Shown piece by piece: positions 48,901-61,831 of a stretch of DNA of 64,000 nt (its first letter is position 1; each line of letters starts with the position of its first letter). The stretch comes from Hypanus sabinus (taxonomy: Eukaryota). The notes beneath the pieces are model-generated. The model was not told the origin of the DNA, did not search any database, and saw only the letters and a program-made list of their open reading frames with translations. The stretch covers positions 19,406,001 to 19,470,000 of the forward strand of contig NC_082722.1 in NCBI RefSeq assembly GCF_030144855.1. Reading direction: 5' to 3'. A program made the translations under genes and the position numbers.

Positions 48901-49415
48901 TAGAATCGGTTCGCATACAGAAGGCAACGAGACGGGTCATATTCTAGATGGAGTTTGGTGACCAGTGGTGTGCCTCAGGGGTCTGTTCTGGGAACACTTC
49001 TCTTAGTGATTTTTATAAATATTTTGGATGAGGAAGTGGAGGGATGGGTGAGCAAATTCGCTGTTGATGCAAAAGTTTGGTGATGTTGTGGATAGCATGG
49101 AGGGCTATCAGAGGTAAGAGCAGGACATTGATACGATGCAAAGTTGGGCTGAGAAGTGGCAGATGCAGTATCCGTTGGTTCATATTCGTAGGTCAAATCT
49201 GATGGCAAAATATCCTAATAATGGCAAGATTCTTGGCAGTGTGGAGGATCAGAGGTATCTTGGGTCGTGTCCATAAATACTCAAACTGCTGCACAGGATG
49301 ACTGTGTGTTTCAGAAGGCATATGATGCATTGGCCATCATCACTTGTGCGGTTGAGCTCAAGAGCAGAGAGATAATGTTACACCTCTATAGCACCTTGGT
49401 CAGACACCACTTGTA
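46000..49415 (+). mobile_element. Near full-length decayed CR1 LINE
   Basis: ORF1 zinc finger (CTECQMW...CARC) and esterase-like VIWDSIV; ORF2 endonuclease (VVLGDFNLP) and RT (YMDFSK.FDK, GVPQGSVLG). Confidence 0.9.
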
Positions 49416-49439
49416 GGTGCTTGTGTGCTGTATTAATGC

Positions 49440-50090
49440 TGAAAAACGCAGCAGAGACGTCCAGCGGTTTCTAGGCATTGTACTAAAAGGCGCAGACTTT
49501 CCCTTTGTTTATCTGGATGACCTCCCAGTGCATCAAAATCCGAACATACGCCTAAACCCATCACAGGCTTAGAATGTTATTGCCAACGAGGGGTTGATTA
49601 TTAACCATAATAAAGGCCAGTTTGGGTTGTCAACCATGGCTTTTCTCGGCTATTCGCAGAGGTAAGAAACCCCTCCCATCGAAAGTAACCTAAATTATGG
49701 ATTTCCTAACGCGCTATACTACCAGAAAACACAAGAGTTTTTCGGTGTGCTGAATTACTATCACCGCTTCGTTCTGTGAGCTGCTGAACTGAAGCTTCCT
49801 CTGTAAAGGCAACACGCCTAATCATGTGCTTAACTGGTCTGCCGATGTGGCCAGGGCATTTGACAAAAGCCAACGCGCCCATTCATGCGCCCCATACGGC
49901 GCACCCTCTCTGCAGCGCACCATTACTCCTGACGCTCCAGACTCTGCTGTGGTCGCTGTGCCCGAACAGTTAGTCGGAGGAGTGTGGCAATCGCTTGCTT
50001 TCGTTCGCCGGCAGTCCCATCATCCCGAAAGGAAGTACAACGCTTTTGACCGTGAGTCTGCAGGTCTCTGTGTTGAATTCTGCAAGTCGT
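49440..50090 (+). mobile_element. Gypsy RT/RNase H fragment
   Basis: tttgtttatctggatgac (VYLDD); WQSLAFVRRQ.HHPERKYNAFDRE. Confidence 0.65.
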
Positions 50091-50461
50091 GTGTGTTTAC
50101 CGCATGGCTATATCTATTCAATAAGTTGTTCTCCCTTAGTTATTTCAGACACATGTTATGGAGTGTACTGTCTGTAGTAATAGATTGGTCGTAATTTAAT
50201 TTGTGGAATTGTGACTCTAAAACTGGATCAGGCTTGGTCCAGGGAAGGAATATTGTCTTTTATGAGCTTGTATTTTAAATCAAAATTTTGGGGAAATTTT
50301 GGGAATTTTTGATTGTGCGTGCGAAAGTAATCAGATTAATTTAAATTCCTGCAAGATTATGTAATGTTTTGGATATTTCTGATTTTTCTTGCATTTTCTA
50401 TTTTTATCGTCATTAATGCTTTGTTATTTTTGAAACTTTTTTATATTAAACATCTAGTTCA

Positions 50462-50706
50462 NNNNNNNNNNNNNNNNNNNNNNNNNNNNNNNNNNNNNNN
50501 NNNNNNNNNNNNNNNNNNNNNNNNNNNNNNNNNNNNNNNNNNNNNNNNNNNNNNNNNNNNNNNNNNNNNNNNNNNNNNNNNNNNNNNNNNNNNNNNNNNN
50601 NNNNNNNNNNNNNNNNNNNNNNNNNNNNNNNNNNNNNNNNNNNNNNNNNNNNNNNNNNNNNNNNNNNNNNNNNNNNNNNNNNNNNNNNNNNNNNNNNNNN
50701 NNNNNN
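50462..50706. other. Assembly gap (N run)
   Basis: Ns in the sequence. Confidence 1.
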
Positions 50707-52223
50707 CTGAGTTTGGAAAGCCCCTTGGGAGTTAAGTCTTGAGCGGCATGAACTCGGAGAACAGGTGAGGAGCTGAGCCTCCGTTTCGGGGAGAAGACAT
50801 CCACCGGTGTAACATTAACCGCGCCCCCCTCCCACTCCCGGTCCGGCTGAAACTGAAATCTGACTGTAGATAAAGAAAGGTAACCGCTTTCACATTAGAA
50901 ACGGAAAGGTGGGTTCCGGTGACGTCATCTTCGAGAATGGCAGCTTAAGCCACTAGTTCCTCCGGAAAAACGCCTTTTAAGCCCCGTTAACCCATAAAAT
51001 ATAATATCTTTTGAATAATATTTGGACTGAAAACAGGGGCAACACTGGGGAAAAGAAATGAAAATAAAAGCGGCGACACTGCGGATCCTGCTGCCGAGAG
51101 GAGTGCAGCGAGCGGCTCTGCTTCCCGAACGCGTGCTCGCGAGGCGGACGCTGGGCCTCGTTCAGGCGAAGCGGCGAATATCTTCGAAAGCCTGAAAGAG
51201 ATAATGGAGGTCCAGAAAGAAATAAAGCCGCAGCTCCGTCATATTAAATCAGAGCTCGCCAGCGTCAATCAAAAAATAGCGGCGGCAGAGACTCGAATTG
51301 AGAAGGTTTAAGATCGCGTTCAAAAAGTGGAACGGATACTGAGTAAGACAATAAAAATATTAATCACCAAGAAGGTGAACTGCTTGACCAGGAGGGAAGA
51401 TTACGGCGGAAAAATATCCGAATCTACAACGTTCCCAAAGGAGCGGAGGGCTCGTCTATGACGGAGTTTGTCGGAAAGTTACTGCGGGACACGTTGAATC
51501 TTCCGCCGGCTATGAAGCTTGAAGTCGAAAGAGTCCACTTCGTGTTAGTTCCAAAACCTACCCAGGATGAAAAGTCACGCTCAATGATAATTGAATTCCT
51601 TCACTACAGCGCCAGGGCAGAGATTCTACGAAGGGCCTGGGGTAAGAAGAAAGTGTTTTTAGAGGATAAGTTAATATGTTCTGACCAAGATTACCCGACC
51701 CCACTCCGCGGTCCTGCTGAAACGCAAAAAATACTCTGTAGTAAAGAGGACACTAAAGCAAACCAAGATTAGATTTCAAACTCCGTACCCTGCTAAACTT
51801 CGAGTGTTTTATGACAACGGGACGCTGTTGTACCAAGCAGTGGACGAGGGGACTACAAACATGAAGGCCAGAGTGTTGCTCGTCAGCGACATCAAAACGA
51901 GAGAAAGCCTGGTTGAGGAATTTTCCCGCTCCGTTTGGGAAATAGTGTGAGAATCCAGAAGGCAGGAGACGGGAGCAGGCCGTGAGAAATATATCACGAA
52001 GAGACCGAGAGTTCCCCAAAGACAGTCCTCACCCCCTTCAGAAGAGCATAAGGTTTGGCTAACTCTAAAAATGTTGAGAAGCTAAACGGAGGCAAAAGTA
52101 CACGGTGTTATACCTATCTCGAGAAATACTTATTATAATGTGGATTTTATATTACTTAGTTGTTATTTTTTATTCGCTCACTTACTCCTTTTTCCCGCCA
52201 ACATGTGGATATATATAGGTGTG

Positions 52224-52412
52224 NNNNNNNNNNNNNNNNNNNNNNNNNNNNNNNNNNNNNNNNNNNNNNNNNNNNNNNNNNNNNNNNNNNNNNNNNNNNN
52301 NNNNNNNNNNNNNNNNNNNNNNNNNNNNNNNNNNNNNNNNNNNNNNNNNNNNNNNNNNNNNNNNNNNNNNNNNNNNNNNNNNNNNNNNNNNNNNNNNNNN
52401 NNNNNNNNNNNN
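52224..52412. other. Assembly gap (N run) between L1 ORF1 and ORF2
   Basis: Ns in the sequence. Confidence 1.
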
Positions 52413-55281
52413 AATCTTTTCTGTGTAATGGATTTGTTCACTGACTTTTATGAATACTGCAATGGGGCCATAAACTCACACGTAGGAAGGGTTATCCTCG
52501 ACAGTTAGACATTCCCTCTAGCTCAACGCAGGGTCATCTGCAGGAAACCTCAGCCTTGGAATCACACGTTCGTTGCAATTTCTGTTATTATTTGCGTTTA
52601 CTGGTTCTTATTTGTTCAAGAAGTAGATCGATTAAGTTTTATTCTAATTTCAATGATACATTGACAGATAAATACAGATGGCTAAGGACAAGGTAAAAAT
52701 AATTTATTTTAATGTCATGGGCTATTAAATCCAATCAAACGTAAGAGAATTTTATCCAAAATGAAAAAAAAAAGAACAAGCCCATGTCGTATACTTACAC
52801 GAAACTCATTTAAGTGAGAATGAGCTTAGAAAACACTAAAGAGAATGGGCTTCACCAATCTGTGTTTCTCCTCATATAAATCAGGACATAGGGGAGGAGT
52901 TGCTATTCTTATCTCAAGTAAGCTAAATTTTGAAAAGGTATTCGAAATGGGAGATAAAGAGGGCAGATATATTCTGGTAAGGAGGAATATAGACGGAAAT
53001 TCAGTTACTCTATTGAATATATACGCAGCCCTGGGAACTGATATTGGTTTCTTTCAGAAAATTACTGATATTATGGTAACGGAAACAGAACGTCTCCTGA
53101 TGCGTGGGGGAGACTTAAATTTACAATTACGACCAAACTTAGACACTTCCAATAGAAAACCTATGAAACAAAATTTTTACATAAGAAAGTTAATACACTT
53201 TTTGAAAGATGTTGGTTTAATTGATATATGGAGGGACCTTTTCCCTGACCGAAGGGATTACACTCATTGTTCTGCTCCCCATTCAGTATATACAAGAATA
53301 GACTATTTCATAACATTTGGTAAAAACAAAGACAAAATAAACACCTGTGGAATTGGGACAATAGATGTAACCATGCATCTATATATTTATGTGTTGATTT
53401 TGACCTACAACCAAAGAATACTATTTGGAAACTAAATTCAAGTCTACTCAATGATCCGTACTTTAAGGAACAAATTAAAAAAGAAATCGGTCTCTACTTA
53501 GAATTTAATGATCTGAATGGGGTCCTAAGAGGGAAAATTATAGCGATATCTTCATATAAGAAAGCAAAAATAATAAAGCATTACAGGAATTACAAAATAA
53601 GCTGAAGGAACTAAAGAAAAAAACAAACTGAATTTGGCACAGAATACATTAGGGGAAATTAAAGGAATTAGGTAAAAAATAATTAGTTTGGCTACGCAAG
53701 AAATCAGGAAAAGCAATGTTTATGAAACAGAGACATTATGAAAGTGCATCGAAATCTATGAAAATACTGGCGTCGAAACTGTAAAAGATGATAGCAGAAA
53801 ATACAATTCATAGAGTTAGGGACTGAAGAAAAAAAGAACAGTAAAAATAAGCTAAGTGAAATTCAAGAATCTTTTCAAGTGTTTTACAAAACTCTATGTT
53901 CCAAAGTTCCAGGTGGAAGCATATCCCAATTTGACACCTTCTTGAATTCTCTAGAGTTACCCACTTTAAGCGAAGAACAAAATAGAGCGATGACTGCTGT
54001 CATAACTGAAGTTGAATTAAAAGCTGCAAATAGTAGGCTTAAATTAAGCAGGTCACCAGGATCAGATGGGTATACGGCAGAGTGGTACAAAGAATTAAAA
54101 TATGAGTTAATTCCTGTTTTACTCCGCACACTGAACTGGACTCTAAAAAAGGGACAAATGCCTCCCAGTTGGAAGGAAGCGATAATCTCAGCTATACCGA
54201 AAGAAGGCAAGGATAAAATGAAATGCGGGTCATTTAGACCAATATCCGTTCTTAATATAGATTATAGGTTATTTACCTCCATCATGGCCAAACGATTAGA
54301 GGAGTTTCTACCCATACTGATACGTAACGATCAGACAGGTTTTATACGACAACGCCAGACACAAGGCAATGTACGAAGAACACTTCACATTATGGATCAT
54401 ATAAAAAAAAATAAAATCGAAGCAATAGTGATAAGCGTGAACACTGACAAGTAATTTGATTCGGTTAATTGGAATTTTCTTTACGGAGATTTACATAGAT
54501 TTGGTTTCCAAGATACAATTATTAAAACCATACAGACACTATATAACAATCCTACTGCTCAGATTAAAATCAATGGATACTTATCAAATGGTATTACCCT
54601 AGAAAGCGGCACGAAACAGGGTTGTGCATGGTCACCGCGTTATATCATCGCGATATAACGCTCTTTGCGTTATATCTGGAACCGTTAGCTCAATACATCA
54701 GACAAAATGAAGATATCAGGGGAATTACTATTAAAGGGACAGAACATAAATTGGCTTGTTATGCGGATGACATTTTGATCTATCTAGGGCAACCAACATA
54801 CTCTTTTCTTAAATTGATGCAATCCTTTGAACAATATGGTCAATTATCGGGATACAAGATCAACATAGATAAAACCAAATTAGTTTCATATTACTATAGC
54901 CCACCAAGAGAAATTGGAAGTCGATACACCTGGGCATGGCACTCAGAGTCTTTCATATATTTGGGCATCATTATGCCAAAAGATTTGGCAAAATTATCAA
55001 AATGTAATTATCAGCCTTCATATATAAAAAAAATTAAGGAAGATGTGGCAAGAATCCTTTTTTTTTCAATATCAGTTCAAGGATTGAGTCTATTAAAATG
55101 AATATACTGCCCAGACTGCTATATCTCTTTCAGACCCTACCAATAGAGATTAATCAATATCAATTCAATGGATGGGACAAGATGCTATCAAGGTATATTT
55201 GGCAGGGTAAAAGGCCTAGAGTTCGTCTCAAAACTTTGAAATTAGCAAAGGAAAAGGGGGGAATGGGGCCTACCTTCTCTT

Positions 55282-56220
55282 TGTTACTTACCCCGTAACT
55301 GGGTGTCTATGCAGCAGAGAAAGAAGTATCCGTTGGAGTCTGGTGGTACTATACTAAATGTGTTTATTAATAAAAATAAGCAAAACCATATCAATAATGC
55401 AAATATGCATATAAACCCAGTTAGCAGTAATAAACCCAAAAGTGTAGGAATAATAATAAGCAATAATAAACAAGCTCTATCGATGTCTAGGGGTAAATAA
55501 ATTGTCATAGAAAAGTATAAATTTTATTTCAGTTCATGAGCGCTAATGTAGTTATAGTTGTTGTATTGTAATCGTTGGAGAGAGAGAGAGAGAGAGAGAG
55601 AGCGAGCAAGATGTAACAGCTACAGTCGGGCAAGCCTTCCTTTGCTTTCTTAATCCGTCGGATCGGTGTGGCCATTCAGTTATGAACTCTCCGTCCTTCT
55701 GCCAGACCGTTCTTCTGTGATGGACGCGTCACTCTGGCATGAATGGACACACACGCAAGTCCCCACCGGCCCTGCATTTACACTGATAGCCTTAATGTCC
55801 GACCTCCTGGTTCGGTCTTCGAAGCCCCCACCATTCTTATGGGTTCTAACACTCAATCAGTGTCCACTGGCGTGTCTGGGGGGTGTCTCGCCAGACCTGA
55901 CTTTTTATCCCTACTAACGGGGACTCAGCAATCCATCACTCCTGAATGACTGTGTCCATCAAATAAGGCCACTCCTTCAGTCCACTCAGGAATGTACATG
56001 AGCAAGCTATTGTCTTTGCAGCGAAACAGTAAATATTTCAAAAATGAGTCACAATATGATTAAACAGCAATTTCCCCCTCTCTCTTACCTGTCGCATACT
56101 TGTTTTTCCGTCTCTCTTTCTAATGGTCAGCATAGCAACAGTAATAGATCGTGTTTCTCAGGATGGGAATAGTTACCTCTGTACCCCATTGTCCATCAGG
56201 TCTATTCATCACTCATAACA
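55282..56220. mobile_element. Solo LTR (939 bp) inserted in L1 ORF2
   Basis: TGTTA...TAACA termini, TCTT TSD at 55278-55281 and 56221-56224; the L1 sequence resumes on the far side. Confidence 0.87.
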
Positions 56221-57859
56221 TCTTGGAGATTATTATTGTGTAGCACAGTTGAGAGCTGTGATATGTTGGTGCAACCCATCATATGACGCTCAGTGGAAAA
56301 ACATTCAGAAGCGGGTACTTCCCATCCCAATACAGGCAATTCTGGCTGATAACAACCTGCAAAGGTACATAAATACTATTGATAACCGGTGGGCGAAATT
56401 GACTCTTAAAATATGGAAAACTACTGTAAAAGAATATAATCTAGAAGAAGATATTGCAATTCTTAAATGGTGTGCATATGACTGGATTTTACACCAAATA
56501 CATTGGATGCTAAATTTAAGGACTGGGCAGCTAAAGGAATAACAGTTCTTTGCAGCATATTTAAAGAAGGAATACTGTACAGTTTTGAAATGCTTAAAGA
56601 GAAACACTTATTAGAAAAACAAGATTTCTATCGGTATCTACTGATGCGACAATATGTTAAGATGACGCTTATTAACATATTATAAGAACATGTAACCAAG
56701 GCAAATACGTGCTTGATAGAGCTCTTTAGAAAAGCATATAATTCAGATAATGGTAGTAGAATCATTTCAAGCATGTGTAAGGGGTTGTAAAATCTTAAGA
56801 CACATTCGACTTCATACATTAAAACTAAATGGAAGAATGAAGGAGCGATAATTATATCTGAGTTAGGATGGACAACAATATGGAGATATCAATGGAAGTG
56901 TACCAGTTCACAGAAATAGAGGGAGTTTGGATGGAGAAATTTGATGAGGTATTTTATTACACCCTCTCAGAAATGCCATTATGATAGTAACCTCCCTGTT
57001 TGCTGGAGAAATTGTGGAAATCAAAATGCATATCATTATCATATGTTTTGGGACTGCCCTGTTATCAAAAGCTATTAGAGGGGGATACACAATGCTCTGG
57101 AAAATATCTTTAAATGCGAAATATCCTTAGAGAGTAAGACCATATATTTTGTATATATACCTAAAGAATGGTTGTAAAGAGATAAATATTTAACGAATAT
57201 ACTGTTGGTGGCTGATAAAAAGACTCTTACTAGGAAATGGTTATCACAGGAGAGCCCAACTTTAAATACATGGATGGAAATTACAATGGATATTTAAAAA
57301 TGGAATAAATAACAGCATCTGTTAATCATAAGCTGGAATAATTTGTTTAATAATGGGGAAAATGGTTTCAATACATAATACCTTATAGGCCTGATGTTAT
57401 TCTCACAAATCAATGAATCCGCTGTAAAAAAAAGATCACTCCCTAGTTGTACATAGTTCTTTCCTTTTGCTTGTTTTTTCTCTCCACTCTTTTCTATAAA
57501 TGTATACCTCAGCTAAATACTTTGTGGAGATTTGTGATATATATGATTATTTGATATATATGTGCAATGTCTGAAAGACAACTTATGGAAATGTTTGTTT
57601 GATGATGAACTTTAATTAAAAAAAACAAAAAAGGAAATGTGTCAGCGGAACAGAGTGATACGGCCGATGATTGGCGATCGCCAGGGTATGTCAGTAAGCG
57701 AGCACCTAGTGGTGCAATGCAGAATCGGCGGACAGGTACCTGGAACCCTGAGAAAGGTACTGCCAGTACTTAAAATAGCCCATCGACACCATAGGCTGCC
57801 ACTGCTGCAAGCGTTGCTCAAGGGAGCCGTCCAATTTCAAATGGGACCACTCAAGGCGC

Positions 57860-58197
57860 TCCCAACTAATTAATTTCCATATTCCCCCATCTTCCTTATA
57901 ACAAGGTGCCTATCCAAACATTTAATAAAAACCTCTATTGTACTTGCCGCTACCACCATACCAGGCAGGGTATTCCATGCATCCACGACTCTCTGCGTAA
58001 AAAAGCTTACGACTCATATCCCCTTTCAACCTACCTTGTGCCACCTTCTATTTCATTTGACGTTTCAAACGTGGGCACCAGATACTCTGCATACAATATA
58101 TATGCCTCTGATATTCTTATAAATCTCTATGTGATATCTCCTCAGCTTCCAACGCCCTAAATGAAGCTACTCAAGTTTATCCAGCCTCTCGTGATAG
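57860..58197 (-). mobile_element. CR1 3' fragment (paralog of 34720-35356)
   Basis: ctattgtacttgccgctacc-ccataccaggcagg is shared with 34874-34908. Confidence 0.8.
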
Positions 58198-59150
58198 TAT
58201 AAACATTTCAACTGTATTTTCATTATTCTTTAGGTCAGATAACATGGAGCTGCGTTGGACTTAGTCCGATTGCAAAATTAATGCTACGTTTGATACCATT
58301 GGCAGAAGTGAATGGAATCTCTCAAGACGTTCGGGTCCATAGGCTGAGAGAAGTCGTGTTGACACTTCAAGTTCATAGGTTTTTACTCCAGCATGTACAG
58401 CAATGTTTCTTATTTTTCACCTCTTTGCGGAAGGTTCCTGATCGTCCAAGGGTTCCTCATATTTTCTGCTTAATTTCGGTTTAAAACTTCCGCAATGCTA
58501 TTCTCCATTAATTGCCCTGCTTTCCAGTAACTGCCTAACTTGATATGAAATAAGCACATGGAGGCATGAGCCTTCGTCCCCTTTTGTTCGTCTTTAATTG
58601 CATCGTGAAAATATTTGGTTAAAAGACAACTCTCGACGTTGTCTCATCATGCACTTTTCGACCTGTTCTGTACCCCACTAACACTGCTGTTCATATAAGA
58701 TGGATGAGTACAGCACAGTTATAGGACCTCCGGCAAAGCTGCCTGTCGTGAACACGATGTCAATTTAAAGTAAACATTTGCGAACTGATTATGCTCTATA
58801 TCCCATAATTCACTGCGTATTTGTGTGCCCATTCAAAAGCATCTTCTTCTGATTTCACTTTCTTTAATACATAAGGATTTTTGTTCAGTTCCTGGCGGTG
58901 AGGCATGTCTATCTCCCGGCTCTCCTGCGTTTTATGGAATTGAATTTTTCAACTATTTTGTAACTTGTATCTGTGAGTCTGTAGGAAGAAAGTTGATACC
59001 GTTTAAGTGAAAGGGCAGGAAGTTCAACAAATTCTCAAATGTATTTTCGAACACGTTTTAGTCTGGAACACGTTAAATACATCAGGTGACAATCTAGTTC
59101 TCAGTGAACCAAAGCGGATATTATTTCATGTAATCTTTGATTTCTGATAT
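58182..59150. repeat. Segmental duplication unit, copy 2
   Basis: Same shared blocks as 35341-36300. Confidence 0.9.
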
Positions 59151-59760
59151 ACTTGCAGCATTTAGAAAATTACAAGGCTGCCGGGAAGGAGCTTAAGAAT
59201 GCAATCAGGAGGGCGAGAAAAAGCCATCAGAAGGCCTTGCCGAACAGAGTTAAGGAAAATCCCAAGGCATTCTACAAGCATGTGAAAAGCAGGAGGTTCA
59301 GCCGTGAGAGAAAGAGTCCAATCAGGAGTGAGAGAGGAAGCATGTACATGGAACCGGAGGACATAGCGGAGGTACATAATGACTAATTTCCTTCAACATT
59401 CACCAGTGGATCTTGACAATTATGGGGATTACTTACAGCGCACTGGAACGCTTGAGTGTATAACATTAAGAAAAAATATCCGCTAGAGCTTTTGAAAGGC
59501 ATTATCATAGGGACGGAAGAAACACCTGCGGATTAGAAGATTGAATATGTTGTTCACTTCTACGAGAAAGGGAGCAGAAATAATCCAGTAAATTATACAG
59601 TGTATCTGGCTTCGGGGCGGGCCAGTTGTTGGAGAAGTTACTGAGAAACAGGATTTGTGAGCATTTGGAGAGACATTATCTGATTAGGGATCATCAGAAT
59701 TGTTTTGTCAAGGGCAGGTCATGCTTACTAACCTGATTAAATTCTTTAACGATGTAACAT
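59150..59760 (+). mobile_element. CR1 ORF2 fragment
   Basis: ELKNAIRRARKSHQKAL.NRVKENPKAFYKHVKS. Confidence 0.8.
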
Positions 59761-60019
59761 AGATGAAGGTAGAATTGAAATGCATTGAATATTTAAATAC
59801 ATGCTGATCTCAGTCTAATGGTGCTAAGTGCAAATTATACAAATTTATAATAAAAAGTATATACAACAGGATCGTCAATATAGCATAAAATGCAGTTGTG
59901 TCAGCATGAGTTATGCACTTTGATGACCTGGTGTAAGAAGCTGTCCTGGAGCCTGCTGGTACTTGCTTTTATGCTGCTGTACCGTTTCCCAAATGGTAAC
60001 AGCTGGAGGTGTTTGCGGC

Positions 60020-61830
60020 AAAGCTTTCTTTACGACCCTATCAACCTGTGACACCACTTCCGGCAAATTTTGCAGCTGTATTCCTAGATCCTTTTGTTCT
60101 GTCACGCTCCTCAGTGCCCTGCCATTTACCGTGTAAGACCTATCGTGGTTGGTCCCACCGAAATGCAACATCTCGTACTTGTCTACGTAAAATTCCAACT
60201 GCCATTTTCAACCAATTTTTTTCTGCTGATCCAGATCCCTCTGCAACCAGGAAAACCTTTCTCGCTGTCCACTGTACCCACAGTTTCGGTGTAATTCGCA
60301 AATTCGTTCATCAGGTTATTCACATTATCTTCCAGATCGGTCATATAGATGACAGACAGTAACGGACCCTGCACAGGTTTCTCTGGTCCGTCCATCAGAG
60401 ACGCATCCATACAATGTTATTTTTCGCTTCTCCCACAAAGTCTATTGGTAATCCAATTTACTACCTCACCTTAAATACCAAGGGACTGAACCTTCTGTCA
60501 AGGTGCGGTCTGTGAAATCTTTATTCCGATTCACGGTTCGGTCCGTGGACTCCGGACTCTGGATCTTCTGTCTGTCCCTTGTTTCAATTGGGCTTATTTA
60601 TAGGCACCTGATGCTCGTCTTGACCGGGAATATAAGTGGCCCTGGAATCGAGTGTGCTTTCTGGTTCGTCTCATCAGTATCCCCTTGGAGCAACCAGAAA
60701 GTGATCGGCTAGAACAGCCCTTCGTGATCTCTACGCCTCGTTGGATAACCACCGCTTCATGGAGCCTTGTTGCCTCTAGTCGTAGTAGTCATCGGAATAT
60801 GGATTCGGCCGTTTCCGGGGCCAGTCAAGGTTGCTGGACGCTCCGAGAATCGCAGCCGCCCCGGATTGAGCGCCGTTCCTGTCCTTGCCTCCGTGGGGTA
60901 AGTCAGGCAGTCCTTGTCCTTAGCCTTCATTTGGATCTGTCCCTTCCCATCCGCGCCACTGTTGGGTAAGACAGGCCGTATTTGCCGTTACACTGAGGCT
61001 GGTCTGTTCCCTTCCCATCTCCATCTGAATCCCTGATAGTTTCCTCGGTGGTTTACCTCGGCAGTCATCCCGGTCCCTCATCCTAGTGAGCATCCCGGCC
61101 CGGCGTCCTAGGAAGGGGCCTGGCCCTGTGAAAGGATCCCTGCCCTGCATTCCAAGAAGGAGTACCACGTTATGCCCAGGAGTACCTCGTCCTGCCCAGG
61201 AAAGCCTGAAAGAATCCAAGCCACGTCCAGTCCAGTAGCCACGTCATGCTTTTGCCTTGTTCCGGTCTGAGCCCGAGTCAAGACCCAGGTTCTGTGTTCT
61301 AGCCCAATGTCTGGCTCGGAGTCCATACCGAAACCTCGAAGATCCCTGTCCTCGCCTAGTTCTGGGGTCCAGGTTCTGGGTGCTTGTTCAGTCCCTGGCT
61401 CGGAGTCCAAGTCCAGGCTCCCATTTTCCAGATCCTCGACCTGGTCCCGCTTTCCTAGCCCAAGTCTGTGTTCCTGTCCCAGCAACTAGTCCGTGTGTAG
61501 TTCCGTCCCTAACTCTAGTCCAGTCCAGTTTTCCTGTACGTCTGTGTCTGTATCTTGCACTTGGGTCCGTTCCCATGCTCTCCATAGCATACCTTCTTAA
61601 GCACTCTCCCATGTGGGCCTTGTCTAAGGTCTTACTAAAGTCCATGTTGGCAACATGCACTGTCTTCTCTTCAACCACTTTGCTGGCTCGGTAAACTCTA
61701 TAAGATTAGTTAGATAAATTTTATCATGCACGAAGCCATGCTGACTCTCCTTAATCAGTCCATGTCTATCCAAATACTTCTATATCTAGTCCCTTAGAAT
61801 AACTTCCAATAACGTTCGCACTATTGCTGT
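60020..61830 (-). mobile_element. CR1 RT fragment interrupted by an LTR-like insert
   Basis: MEFYVDKYEMLHFGG (59911-60198) and MDFSKTLDKAH (61388-61678). Confidence 0.75.
60496..61573. mobile_element. LTR-like insertion (probable Gypsy LTR), GC-rich, with internal short repeats
   Basis: Begins TGTCA, interrupts CR1, contains repeated gtccagg/ccaagtc words; no clean CA end or TSD found. Confidence 0.5.
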
Positions 61831-61831
61831 T

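Larger units (their letters stand above)
50914..57633 (+). mobile_element. Full-length decayed L1/Tx1-type LINE
   Basis: ORF1 (MTEFVGKLLRDTL...FLHYSARAEILRRAWG); endonuclease (GHRGGVAILI, GGDLN, YTRIDYF); RT (SPGSDGYTAEWYK, FRPISVLNID, YADD); C-terminal Cys region; poly(A) at 57616-57633. Confidence 0.92.

Noticed and set aside
50364-52508. Long ORFs containing X runs
   Set aside because: Artefacts of the N gaps.
60920-61694. Several overlapping ORFs of 96-145 aa
   Set aside because: GC-rich, stop-poor LTR-like repeat with no recognisable domain.
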